Assembly: GCA_964477895.1 (NCBI GenBank)
Contig: CAYZFQ010000001.1
Coordinates: 343,750-407,749, forward strand
Source of the DNA: an uncultured Bacteriovoracaceae bacterium
Lineage (GTDB): Bacteria > Bdellovibrionota > UBA2428
Direction of reading: 5' to 3'
Length of the DNA stretch: 64,000 bases
In this document: positions 38,582 through 47,729 of the stretch, one piece after another
How positions within the stretch are numbered: position 1 is the stretch's first letter
How the letters are laid out: each line of letters begins with the position of its first letter
Program-made: the position numbers and the translations under genes
Notes under the pieces: model-generated
What the model saw: the letters and a program-made list of their open reading frames with translations, nothing else
Databases searched by the model: none
What the model was told of the DNA's origin: nothing

Positions 38582-40414
38582 ATGAGAAAGTCTTTCTTAA
38601 AGTTTTCTCTTTTGGTACTCGGAGTTTTTATAGGCTCCCTTCGAGCTCAGGACGCCGAGCCGGCTCCAGATTCCTCAACTAACCGAAATCCAGCCATGGT
38701 TCCTCCGGCGGGTTCACCGGCCGAAGCTGAGCCCGCACCCACTCCCTTGGCTGAAGAAACCCCAGCTCCCACTCCGCTTAAGGAAACCCTTTCATTAATA
38801 GACGGGATTAAAAGCGATGTTCCTGGATCCATTGCAGATACCAACGTTAACCGAATCATGGAATCTAAGGTTAAGTCCCAAACTTTAAATCCTGACAAAG
38901 GCTTTGAAGACCTCTTCTTAACTAAGAACTCCAGTGCGGTATTAGACATTCATAAACTGCCCGTGAAAAATCCCGGGGAAGATTTGGAATGGCTCCAAAC
39001 CAATATTGGCATTGTGGCCAAATCAGAAAAAGACCCCTCAGGTGGTTTTCGTGTTTATGCGGGAACCCAAGTGGGTTCGACTCAAATTCTTGTTTACGAG
39101 CGCAAGGCCGCTGTTGCCGGTAAACGAGATCGTGGAAATCTCCTTAAAGTCTACCGAGTAACGGTAACCAGCGAAGACCTTCTTTCACTGCTCCAAGAAA
39201 TTAAGGCCCTAATCGGAAATGTGGAAGGTCTAGATATTCGAGTGGTGGGCACCCAAGTCGTGATTGATGGAGCGGTCCTTGTCCCCAAAGACATGCGCCG
39301 AGTGGTGGCCGTGGTGAGCAAATATCAAACAGAGAAAAAGCCAGTGATTAACTTAGCTGAGATCTCTCCTCTAACTACCAAGCTTCTGGCTGAAAAAATG
39401 GAAGAAGAAATTGCGGGTGGAAAAGACCGACCCCGCGAAATTAAAGTTAAAGTCGTGAACGGAAGGTTTTTCCTAGAAGGTGCGGTAGACAAACAGGCTG
39501 AGCGTGAAACCGCCGTTCGAATTTGCCAAGCCTACATTTCAGAGCGCTACACCCTTGAAAACTCAGCCTCGGTGCAATCGCCTCGAATTCCAGGCCTTAA
39601 TGAATGTGTGCTGATGGTAAAGATTCGCCAAGGCCAGCCGGCGGATCCCGATCCCATCATTAGTGTACGCGTGGATTTTGTTACTTTAGATCGAAACTAC
39701 CTTAAGAGCTTTAACTTTAGGTGGGCGCCTGGAATGAACTTGAAGGGCGAAGTGGGTTATTCCAGTGACGCCGGAAAATTTCTCACTTCCTTTGTGGGCC
39801 TCTTGGATAATCTATTTCCCAAGTTAGAAACAGCGGCTTCTCATGGACATGCGCGTATTCTTAAAACGGCAACTCTTCTTGTGCGAGACGGCGAGAACGC
39901 GGCCAAAGGTGGGGGAGCGCCGCCCGAGGCTCAAATATCTGAAGTGTTAAAACTTCCTGTAATGATTCAGGGCACCGCTAATTCGCCAGGATCTTTCACC
40001 ACGGTTCCGGTTGAAACCTACATTAAAATTTTGGCCAAATCGGTGCCAGGGTCCGACAAAGTGAATATGGATATCTCAGCCAAGCAGTCTGAGATTAAAA
40101 GCCAAAACAAAGAGCAAGGTCCCACCGTCTTAGACAACATGATCCAAACCAGTATCGTGGTGGCCAACGGTGAAAGTGCGGCCTTAGGTGGCTTGATTGC
40201 CGAACGTCGCAACGTAGATATCACCCGGGACCCGGCCTCCGATGGTAACGCGGCCACTTCAGCCCAAAATAAATTTGAACTCTTCGACATCGGTCGAGGT
40301 CATAGCTTCAGCGACTCCAAAGTGCAGTTTATTGTCTTTGCCACACCCGAGAAACTGCGCACACCCTCTGAAGGAACCGAAAAACTTAAGCGTAAGTTTA
40401 GGTTGAGGAAGTAA
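38582..40414 (+). CDS. cpaC: Flp pilus secretin CpaC/RcpA, about 610 aa from ATG 38582
   Basis: Signal peptide MRKSFLKFSLLVLGVFIGSLRAQ. C-terminal secretin signature VVANGESAALGGLI. The track ORF begins inside cpaB. Confidence 0.8.
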   Translation: MRKSFLKFSLLVLGVFIGSLRAQDAEPAPDSSTNRNPAMVPPAGSPAEAEPAPTPLAEETPAPTPLKETLSLIDGIKSDVPGSIADTNVNRIMESKVKSQTLNPDKGFEDLFLTKNSSAVLDIHKLPVKNPGEDLEWLQTNIGIVAKSEKDPSGGFRVYAGTQVGSTQILVYERKAAVAGKRDRGNLLKVYRVTVTSEDLLSLLQEIKALIGNVEGLDIRVVGTQVVIDGAVLVPKDMRRVVAVVSKYQTEKKPVINLAEISPLTTKLLAEKMEEEIAGGKDRPREIKVKVVNGRFFLEGAVDKQAERETAVRICQAYISERYTLENSASVQSPRIPGLNECVLMVKIRQGQPADPDPIISVRVDFVTLDRNYLKSFNFRWAPGMNLKGEVGYSSDAGKFLTSFVGLLDNLFPKLETAASHGHARILKTATLLVRDGENAAKGGGAPPEAQISEVLKLPVMIQGTANSPGSFTTVPVETYIKILAKSVPGSDKVNMDISAKQSEIKSQNKEQGPTVLDNMIQTSIVVANGESAALGGLIAERRNVDITRDPASDGNAATSAQNKFELFDIGRGHSFSDSKVQFIVFATPEKLRTPSEGTEKLKRKFRLRK

Positions 40415-40417
40415 ATC

Positions 40418-42607
40418 ATGGCTGATCCAAACCAAAGTCCGGGCGGTCACATCATCGCCATCGTAGGTGGTAAGGGTGGAGTTGGAAAATCAGTTTTTGC
40501 CGCCAACTTTGCCCTCTCCATGGCCATCGATGCCAAGAATGGCCCGGCTCTAATTGATATGGATCCTCAGGGTACCGGCGACTTAAATTTGATCTTAGGC
40601 ATCAAGCAGGTCAAAGGTTTCGGTGAGCAAGTGCTCGAGGGAAAGATTCGAGATTCTGCGGCCCTAAAGCAATTTCTGACCCCAGCTCCTAACACACAGA
40701 GCCCACTTTACACCTTGCAGATGATGAGCAACCCTGAGCGCCTTCTCGTCCAAGATGATGAGCGTGTGGATTTAGCCTTAAAATCTTTGCGCAAAGCCTT
40801 TCCTGTAACCATCATCGACTGTGGCACTTCACTTGAAGGGCCGATTCTTAAAGTTTTGGATTTGGCTTCGATGATCATGGTAGTGACCAACCCCGAGATT
40901 CTTGTTCTCAACCAGACGAAGAAGATCTTAGATAAAATCCAAACCCTGCTTTATCCGCCCGACATGACAAAAATAGTTTTAAACAAGGTTTCACCTCAAA
41001 GTCCCTACACGGCGCAATTTTTAGAGCAAAGTCTTAAGCGCCAGGTGATATCTGTGGTCCCTGAAGATGTGGCTGCCGCCAGTATGGGTTTGGCCAAAGG
41101 ATCTCCTTTTGTGGTGTCTTCACCTCAGTCCGGCGCCTCCAAAGCTCTTTTCCAGCTCAGTCGCCTGCTCATTGAGCGCAAAGTCTTAGATCAGCTCCAA
41201 ACTCTAAGTCGCCCCCCTCGTCCCAAAGCGGCCTTGGAAGTTATTGAGGGCGGAGCCTCATCGGTGGCTGCAGGCTCCAGCGGTAACAATGAGGTTAAGC
41301 ACGGACGTTTTGGAAAGGATCCCAGAGATCCGCGCAGCATTTTTAAACTCCGAGTCCATGCTCAGCTTGTTGAAAAAATGGATTTAAAAAAAGAACAGCT
41401 CGATCGGGCCTTAGACAACGAGAAAAAAGTGGAGCTTAAGAACAAAGCTCTTAAAATCGTGAGTGAGATCATGAATAACGAAGACCACCCTTGGAAGAGC
41501 CGCGAAGACAGCGCTCAACTCATCAAGGAAGTCTTAGATGAGGCCCTAGCCCTGGGGCCCTTAGAAGATTTGATAGCCGATGATTCCGTTACCGAAATCA
41601 TGGTGAACCGAGCTGACCTAATTTATATTGAGCGCGCGGGTCGCAATACTAAGTCTAAAGTAACTTTTTCAAGCAATACCCAGTTGATGGCGGTCATTGA
41701 GCGGATCGTCAATCCTATCGGCCGGCGCATTGATGAAAAAACCCCCTACGTAGACGCCCGTTTAGCAGACGGAAGCCGGGTCCATGCCATCATTCCTCCC
41801 CTTTCATTAGATGGTCCCATGGTCACCATTCGTAAATTTCCTAAAAAGCGATTGGGCCCTGAAGATTTAATTAAATACGGTTCGGTCACACCCGAAATGT
41901 CAGATTTTTTACGAGCCTGCATTGAAGCCCGCCTCAATGTGATTGTGAGTGGGGGTACGGGTTCTGGTAAAACCACTCTTTTAAATATTTTATCAAGTTT
42001 TATCCCAGCAACTGAACGTATCCTTACCGTGGAAGACGCGGCCGAGTTGCGGCTTAACCAAGAGCACGTGGGCCGTTTAGAAACACGTCCTCCCAATATC
42101 GAAGGCGCCGGTGCTGTTACTATTCGAGATCTGGTACGCCAAACTCTGCGTATGAAACCTGACCGCATCATCATTGGTGAAGTGCGAGCCGGTGAGGCGC
42201 TCGACATGCTTCAGGCCATGAATACGGGGCACGATGGTTCAATGGCCACGGTCCATGCCAATACTCCGCGAGATGCCATCGCTCGTTTGGAAACTCTCGT
42301 GATGATGGCGGGCATGGACTTACCCGCCAAGGCCATTCGCGACCAAATTTCTAGCGCTGTGCATTTGGTGGTTCAACAAAGCCGTTTATCCGATGGGTCT
42401 CGTAAAGTGACTTACGTGACGGAGATCACCGGGATGCAGGGAGATGTGATTTCTTCCCAAGATATATTTCAGTTTAAGCAACAAGGTTTGGATTCCAATC
42501 GCAAGGTAATCGGTAAGCACGTGGCGACCGGTTTTATTCCTAAGTTTATCGAGAGGATTGAGGCTTTGGGAATCAAAATTCCCCGAGGACTCTTTAAAGC
42601 GGCATGA
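40418..42607 (+). CDS. fused TadZ/CpaE-like ParA-type ATPase (N-terminal about 260 aa) and TadA/CpaF secretion ATPase (C-terminal), 729 aa
   Basis: Deviant Walker A IVGGKGGVGKS near the N-terminus (ParA/MinD). Later VSGGTGSGKTT, DRIIIGEVR and GHDGSMATVHAN (VirB11/TadA). A single uninterrupted ORF. Confidence 0.8.
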   Translation: MADPNQSPGGHIIAIVGGKGGVGKSVFAANFALSMAIDAKNGPALIDMDPQGTGDLNLILGIKQVKGFGEQVLEGKIRDSAALKQFLTPAPNTQSPLYTLQMMSNPERLLVQDDERVDLALKSLRKAFPVTIIDCGTSLEGPILKVLDLASMIMVVTNPEILVLNQTKKILDKIQTLLYPPDMTKIVLNKVSPQSPYTAQFLEQSLKRQVISVVPEDVAAASMGLAKGSPFVVSSPQSGASKALFQLSRLLIERKVLDQLQTLSRPPRPKAALEVIEGGASSVAAGSSGNNEVKHGRFGKDPRDPRSIFKLRVHAQLVEKMDLKKEQLDRALDNEKKVELKNKALKIVSEIMNNEDHPWKSREDSAQLIKEVLDEALALGPLEDLIADDSVTEIMVNRADLIYIERAGRNTKSKVTFSSNTQLMAVIERIVNPIGRRIDEKTPYVDARLADGSRVHAIIPPLSLDGPMVTIRKFPKKRLGPEDLIKYGSVTPEMSDFLRACIEARLNVIVSGGTGSGKTTLLNILSSFIPATERILTVEDAAELRLNQEHVGRLETRPPNIEGAGAVTIRDLVRQTLRMKPDRIIIGEVRAGEALDMLQAMNTGHDGSMATVHANTPRDAIARLETLVMMAGMDLPAKAIRDQISSAVHLVVQQSRLSDGSRKVTYVTEITGMQGDVISSQDIFQFKQQGLDSNRKVIGKHVATGFIPKFIERIEALGIKIPRGLFKAA

Positions 42608-43473
42608 ACGTTTGGCTTATCTCCATACTTTCAGCGCTGCTTTTCTTTTTTTCGCTGTATCTTTCTTTTGATTATTGGTTCGAAAAACTCTGGCTGGGTA
42701 ACATGGTCAAAACCACAGAAGAAGCCGTGCGAGTTTTTGAAGATGTCTTTCAGCCCAAAACTATTGAACAAATGCGCAACCTGCAACTATCTATTGCCGG
42801 TGGCTCTTCGGCTCTAATTTTATTCCTGTGTTGGCCGGAAGTGGCCATAGGTATCCCCGCAGCTTTAATTACTTTTTGGTACACCTGGAAGCTGCCCCTT
42901 GTTTATATCAAGTATTGGGTGCGCCCCCGTCGAATTACCCAGTTTTCCCACCAAATGGTGGACGCTCTGACTCTTATGGCTAACGGTCTTAAGTCCGGGC
43001 TCAACATCTCCCAGGCTTTGCAAATTGTGGTGGACGAGATGCCGGCCCCCATTCGGGAAGAGTTTGGTTTAGTGCTCAACGAGAATAAAATCGGGGCCAC
43101 CTTAGAGAAGGCTTTTGAGAACATGGGAGCTCGGATGCCGTCAGAAGACGTGAGCATGTTTGTGACCTCGGTAAACATTTTGCGCGAAACAGGCGGTAAC
43201 ATCGCCGAAACTTTTGAAACCATTACCAAAACCATCCGCGAACGCATCAAATTACAGAATAAAATATCAGCCATGACGGCCCAAGGGATGACTTCAGCCT
43301 TCATTGTAGGAGCCATGCCCTGGGGCATTGGCATCATGCTCTATGGGATCGACCCTGACACGATGCGGCCAGTCTTCACTCGGGCCGCGGGCATTGTGAT
43401 CTTAATGATTATTACGGCACTCGAGGTGCTAGGTTTCTACGTGATCGTCAAAATTGTGAGGATCCGCGTATGA
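42604..43473 (+). CDS. tadB: TadB/TadC-type (T2SS-F domain) inner-membrane platform protein, 289 aa
   Basis: Three TM segments with a T2SS-F fold. Only one copy present. 4-nt overlap with the ATPase gene. Confidence 0.75.
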   Translation: MNVWLISILSALLFFFSLYLSFDYWFEKLWLGNMVKTTEEAVRVFEDVFQPKTIEQMRNLQLSIAGGSSALILFLCWPEVAIGIPAALITFWYTWKLPLVYIKYWVRPRRITQFSHQMVDALTLMANGLKSGLNISQALQIVVDEMPAPIREEFGLVLNENKIGATLEKAFENMGARMPSEDVSMFVTSVNILRETGGNIAETFETITKTIRERIKLQNKISAMTAQGMTSAFIVGAMPWGIGIMLYGIDPDTMRPVFTRAAGIVILMIITALEVLGFYVIVKIVRIRV

Positions 43474-43553
43474 TACAGAGGGCCCATGAAAAACTATTGA
43501 CGCCTTACCGGATGAGAAACCGGGTTAGACTATTAAAAAGTTCAGGAGGGATT

Positions 43554-45149
43554 ATGGCTCGTACTCGAAATCTTTGGCTTCTTGGAGTTCTTTTATTCAG
43601 TGCTTCTATCTCGCAGGCGGGAGTGAACGTGAACAACGGGAATTTCTACATTGCGTATACGGATTTTTTCCTTCCCACTCCGGGACTGAATGTGGAAATC
43701 ACCCGCACCTACAATAGCCGATCAAACTATGCCAAAGGCTACTTTGGGATGGGTTGGTCCTCTGAAATGGAAGGTTACCTAGTTTTCGATAAGAGCACCT
43801 TGGTTTACTTCGAGGGAGGCGGAGGTAACGCCGTTCGCTTCGAGCCTGTGAAAGGTAAAAAAGGGGAGTGGTCTAACTCCATCTACGGAAATCAAAATAT
43901 TCGGCAAATCAAAAATGGCTATGTGCTGCGCACTCCCGTGGCTAAGGACCTCCAGTTTGATATGAAGGGCCGGCTGGCCAAGATTTCCGACCGCAATCGC
44001 AATTACATTGAGTTTGTCTACAAGGGTGTTCGCCCGCAGATGATCAAAGACAACCACAATAACCAAATCAAAATTAGCTGGAAAGACTTCGGAAAGTTCC
44101 CCCGAATTGTGGCTCTCGAGCGTGGTGAAATGAAAGCCCGATATGAGTATTCACCAACCGGTGATCTTGTTAAGGCCTCCGGCCTCGATGGCAACCCTTT
44201 CGAGTACGCCTGGGATGACGAACACAATCTCACCAAGATTTCTTATAAAGACGGCACCTACCGAGAAATCGCTTACAACAAAGTTCGCGACTGGGTTGTG
44301 AAGTACCGGGAGCGCGACAAATGGATTACCGACTACGAATATATCTCGGATACTTTAGATCCAGAGAATAAATTTGGAACCGTTGTGAGCCGCTACAAAG
44401 AGGGCTCAAAAGATAAAGAATCATCGCGCTACTGGTACGAGTTCCGCCGGCGCGCGGATGGCAGTCGTTACAATTACAAAGCCGTAACGCTAGCCAATAA
44501 CTTAGCGACAGAGTCCATCTTCACGGAGTGTTGCAATACTCCACTTGTCATTTCGCAGTGGAACAGCAATGACCCCAAACGAAGTGACGCACCGGATGCC
44601 TGGATTACAGCCAAGGGTCAAAAGCGCTCCACTTTTTTTGAATATTATGCCGATGGATTGTTAAAGAAGAAAACGGCTCCGGATGGAGCTGTAACTTTCT
44701 TAACCTACGATCCTAAAAATGGGAAAGTGGCCTCGGTAAGCCGTGCCGGTCGTAAAGTGGAATACAACTACGATGTGCGCGGAAACTTAGACTGGGCCTA
44801 CGATAGTGGCGACAATAAGCGCATTGACCTGACCTACGACCTTAAGGGTCGAATCACGGTAGTTAAAGAAGCGATCAATGGTGCCAAAGCCAGCTCTCGA
44901 CTCGTGTACTTCCGCTACAATGCTGAAGGAAAACCGATTGAGGTGAAAGAAAAAACTTCAGACGGCAACCAAGGATCCATTCAAATTGCCTACGATCGTA
45001 ACGGCGAAGTCTTAGCCATCACCAACAGTAAGGGTCGGGCCGTAGCTTCTGAGAACGAAATCGCAACGGCTCAGCGAGTGGCCATGACTTTCCAGAACTT
45101 AATGGAAATCGTGCAGCCCGCAGGGGTTAGCCTGAGTCCGGAAGGGTGA
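43554..45149 (+). CDS. secreted YD/RHS-repeat protein, about 531 aa from ATG 43554
   Basis: Perfect SD CAGGAGGG plus signal peptide. Repeated Y-x-YD/YEY motifs (YEYSPTGDLV, FEYAWDDEHNL, VEYNYDVRGNL, LTYDLKGRI). Plausible counterpart of Bdellovibrio hit-locus partner protein. Confidence 0.7.
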   Translation: MARTRNLWLLGVLLFSASISQAGVNVNNGNFYIAYTDFFLPTPGLNVEITRTYNSRSNYAKGYFGMGWSSEMEGYLVFDKSTLVYFEGGGGNAVRFEPVKGKKGEWSNSIYGNQNIRQIKNGYVLRTPVAKDLQFDMKGRLAKISDRNRNYIEFVYKGVRPQMIKDNHNNQIKISWKDFGKFPRIVALERGEMKARYEYSPTGDLVKASGLDGNPFEYAWDDEHNLTKISYKDGTYREIAYNKVRDWVVKYRERDKWITDYEYISDTLDPENKFGTVVSRYKEGSKDKESSRYWYEFRRRADGSRYNYKAVTLANNLATESIFTECCNTPLVISQWNSNDPKRSDAPDAWITAKGQKRSTFFEYYADGLLKKKTAPDGAVTFLTYDPKNGKVASVSRAGRKVEYNYDVRGNLDWAYDSGDNKRIDLTYDLKGRITVVKEAINGAKASSRLVYFRYNAEGKPIEVKEKTSDGNQGSIQIAYDRNGEVLAITNSKGRAVASENEIATAQRVAMTFQNLMEIVQPAGVSLSPEG

Positions 45150-45161
45150 TAGGGGAAGAAA

Positions 45162-45584
45162 ATGAAAATAAAAATTTTATCTCTTCTCAGTATTTTTACT
45201 CTCACAAGCTCCGCTTTTGCCCAAGGCTACATTCAGGGTAGGGGCGGCGGAGGCTGGGATCAGCAAGGCGGCACCCAAGAAACGATTCGTTATCGTGAAA
45301 GCTATAACCAGCAGGGCGGTCAGCAGGGCGCCTACGTGAATTGTATGCCGAATTGTCCACCCTCGGTGGTGATGCCACAGCGCTCCCAGGTGCTAGTTGC
45401 TGAAACCGGTGACATCATCAATGGTTGCGACACGGGCCGCTTTGATAAAAAAGAATGGCGCAACGACTACCGTGATGAAGGCGACGAACGCGAGCACGTG
45501 ATCAGAGAAAGAGTGTATGTACCACCTCGGTCAGAAGGCGATGGTAAAGAAGTGCCTCCAAGAAGTAACGGTTTAAAGAAGTAA
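45162..45584 (+). CDS. small secreted Gln/Gly-rich, four-Cys protein, 140 aa; candidate hit-locus (Bd0108-like) protein
   Basis: Signal peptide. GGGGWDQQGGTQ...NQQGGQQG repeats encoded by imperfect direct repeats CAGCA(A/G)GGCGG at 45261, 45309 and 45321. Position immediately after the tad genes and the YD-repeat gene. Confidence 0.5.
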   Translation: MKIKILSLLSIFTLTSSAFAQGYIQGRGGGGWDQQGGTQETIRYRESYNQQGGQQGAYVNCMPNCPPSVVMPQRSQVLVAETGDIINGCDTGRFDKKEWRNDYRDEGDEREHVIRERVYVPPRSEGDGKEVPPRSNGLKK

Positions 45585-47729
45585 TTACTTCGTAACTCCA
45601 CCTGTGTAAGAAGGCAGCCAGCTCCAGCCCCAAGTGCTGGGCTTATTCCAAATGCGCTTTGGAGGTCCCGCTTTTTTCGGCTGCCAGTTCCATCCGGGCA
45701 TTCCCTTAATGGAATAAGTTTGCTTTCGTTCTATTTCCCTTTCTTCAGCGGCAATTCTAATGGAACTTTCGCTCCACTGATCCGCTCTTTCAAAAGCCAA
45801 GCTAAGAGACTTAGCATCGTGCTGAGCACTGTCTAAGCGATTCAGGGAAGTGGTCTCTCTCCAGAACGGCTGGGTGGGTGTGGAAATTTCTGGCGTGGGC
45901 AGCTGGGCTTCCGCTTCAGGCAAATTAATTACCGCCACTACCCCTGGATGCTTTTCCAGATTAGCCATTTTTTCGGGACTGTGAGCTTCTTTTTCAGCGG
46001 CAGCCTCAGCTTCTTTGGTCATTGTCTTAATTTCTTCTTCAAGACCCTTTATGGCCTTGTCCAAGTTGGCAATGTCGCTAATGTCGAAGTCGCTTTTAGG
46101 AGGCCCAATGTCGTTTTTCTCTTGTATAAGTTTATACATTTCATCGCTTTTCGCCCGAATGGCCAAGTGGTCTTCTTTCGACATCATAGGACGAGCAATA
46201 ATCACAATAGACTTAGTCTCGGACGGTGGAGCCATGGGCATTGGGGGGCCTTCTAGCGCTGGCGCACCAGGCGGTAGCTTTCTAAACTCGAGTTGGGGTA
46301 TTTCTTCGTTGCCAGTCTTGGTGACATCGACCTCGATGAAGGGCACTAATTTTTCAACCGGAGCTTGTACTCTTTCTAAGGGCCAAAATCTTTTAGCAAA
46401 GGCGCCTTCAATCGCTGTGATAACATCTTCGGTTTTAGATAGGGCGCGAGCCACGTAAATCTCGCTATTCTTCGCATTGACTAATGCCGGACCATCGATG
46501 CCATTGTAAGTTCCAGCAAGATAGGCCGGTGAAAAGAATTTTTGGAGCATGGAGCGCACGAGCAGAAGATCTTCCCGATTTTGCTTCCACTGCTGATAAA
46601 AGGCACGAAGTTCTTCTTCTCTTTCCACTTCAGCAAACGAATTTTGTCCCAGATTCGAATGAATTCCTTCTAAATCAGGCATGAAATCATTTTTAACCAC
46701 ATCGAGATAGAGATCGCTGATATCTTTTTGAGCCCGGGCAAGGCTGTCGGCCACAGGATCTACACGGTAAACAGTGACCTTGGCTCGATAGGCCGTTTCA
46801 AGAGCGCCGACAACAATTCCCGCAATTGCAAGGCCAGAGGCGGTTTGACTCATGTGCCGACTCATCCCATCCATTAAATCTGGAATAAAGACCCGATTGC
46901 CGTAGCCTAAAAGGAGAGTGCCTGGCGCTGCAGGATTGGCGGGAGCCGTTGGAATCGCACCTTTCTTGGCGCGTTTCGCCAACACGCGTTTCCACTGTAA
47001 GTCGGAAATTCGTTTAGCATACCTGTTGCTAAACCAAAGTTGAGGTCGATGAGCTCGGCTTTGTAAACGATTGCCCGCCATCGAGAGGCCACCAATAACC
47101 ATGCGTCCGGTAAAGAGGGCGGCCGATGCCATGAGCCATCCTTCCGAGGCGTTATAGAAATTATTTGAGTGATATGAGAACTCTCCGTTTTGTTCGCGGT
47201 TTCGTTTAACTTCAAGCTCATTGCGCATTTTTGCTTGTAACGTGCTCATCAGCATGGAAATGGCGTCCCAAATGACGTCGGGCTTTTGAGGAAAGGTGAC
47301 GAGAGCGGTTCGAGAATAAACTTCTGTAATTTCTCCCATCATGGCTGCAAATGAAGCCTTCTCAGTGAGAGTATCAAAAAGCAAAGTTGCCACTTCGTCG
47401 GCTGCTTGCTCCGGGCTCAGAGAAAGAAGTACGGAGTTGGCGTAACGGTCGCGGCACCGCTTTCCATCGAGGCGTAACTCTTCGGCGGAAGCCTTGCCCT
47501 CCGGACTTTGAAGATTTTCATCAGGAGGCAAGAGCTTTCGATAAGTCTTAAAAGGTTCAGCGCGAGGGGTGGTGTCGAGTGCGGAGGCCTCTCTGTCTGC
47601 CAGAATACTTACGCACAGATATTCCGTGATTTTTTGCCGAGCGAGTTCGAAATCATCTTTAACTTCAGCCCCCTGGGCAGATAAAAAAGTGCCAGAAATC
47701 AACGCTAAGAAAAGGGTTTTGTAACTCAT
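45585..47729 (-). CDS. hypothetical secreted protein, 714 aa, Trp-rich C-terminal tail
   Basis: Signal peptide. C-terminus GMPGWNWQPKKAGPPKRIWNKPSTWGWSWLPSYTGG. Its stop codon abuts the stop of 45162..45584 (TAATTA). Confidence 0.6.
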   Translation of the reverse strand: MSYKTLFLALISGTFLSAQGAEVKDDFELARQKITEYLCVSILADREASALDTTPRAEPFKTYRKLLPPDENLQSPEGKASAEELRLDGKRCRDRYANSVLLSLSPEQAADEVATLLFDTLTEKASFAAMMGEITEVYSRTALVTFPQKPDVIWDAISMLMSTLQAKMRNELEVKRNREQNGEFSYHSNNFYNASEGWLMASAALFTGRMVIGGLSMAGNRLQSRAHRPQLWFSNRYAKRISDLQWKRVLAKRAKKGAIPTAPANPAAPGTLLLGYGNRVFIPDLMDGMSRHMSQTASGLAIAGIVVGALETAYRAKVTVYRVDPVADSLARAQKDISDLYLDVVKNDFMPDLEGIHSNLGQNSFAEVEREEELRAFYQQWKQNREDLLLVRSMLQKFFSPAYLAGTYNGIDGPALVNAKNSEIYVARALSKTEDVITAIEGAFAKRFWPLERVQAPVEKLVPFIEVDVTKTGNEEIPQLEFRKLPPGAPALEGPPMPMAPPSETKSIVIIARPMMSKEDHLAIRAKSDEMYKLIQEKNDIGPPKSDFDISDIANLDKAIKGLEEEIKTMTKEAEAAAEKEAHSPEKMANLEKHPGVVAVINLPEAEAQLPTPEISTPTQPFWRETTSLNRLDSAQHDAKSLSLAFERADQWSESSIRIAAEEREIERKQTYSIKGMPGWNWQPKKAGPPKRIWNKPSTWGWSWLPSYTGGVTK

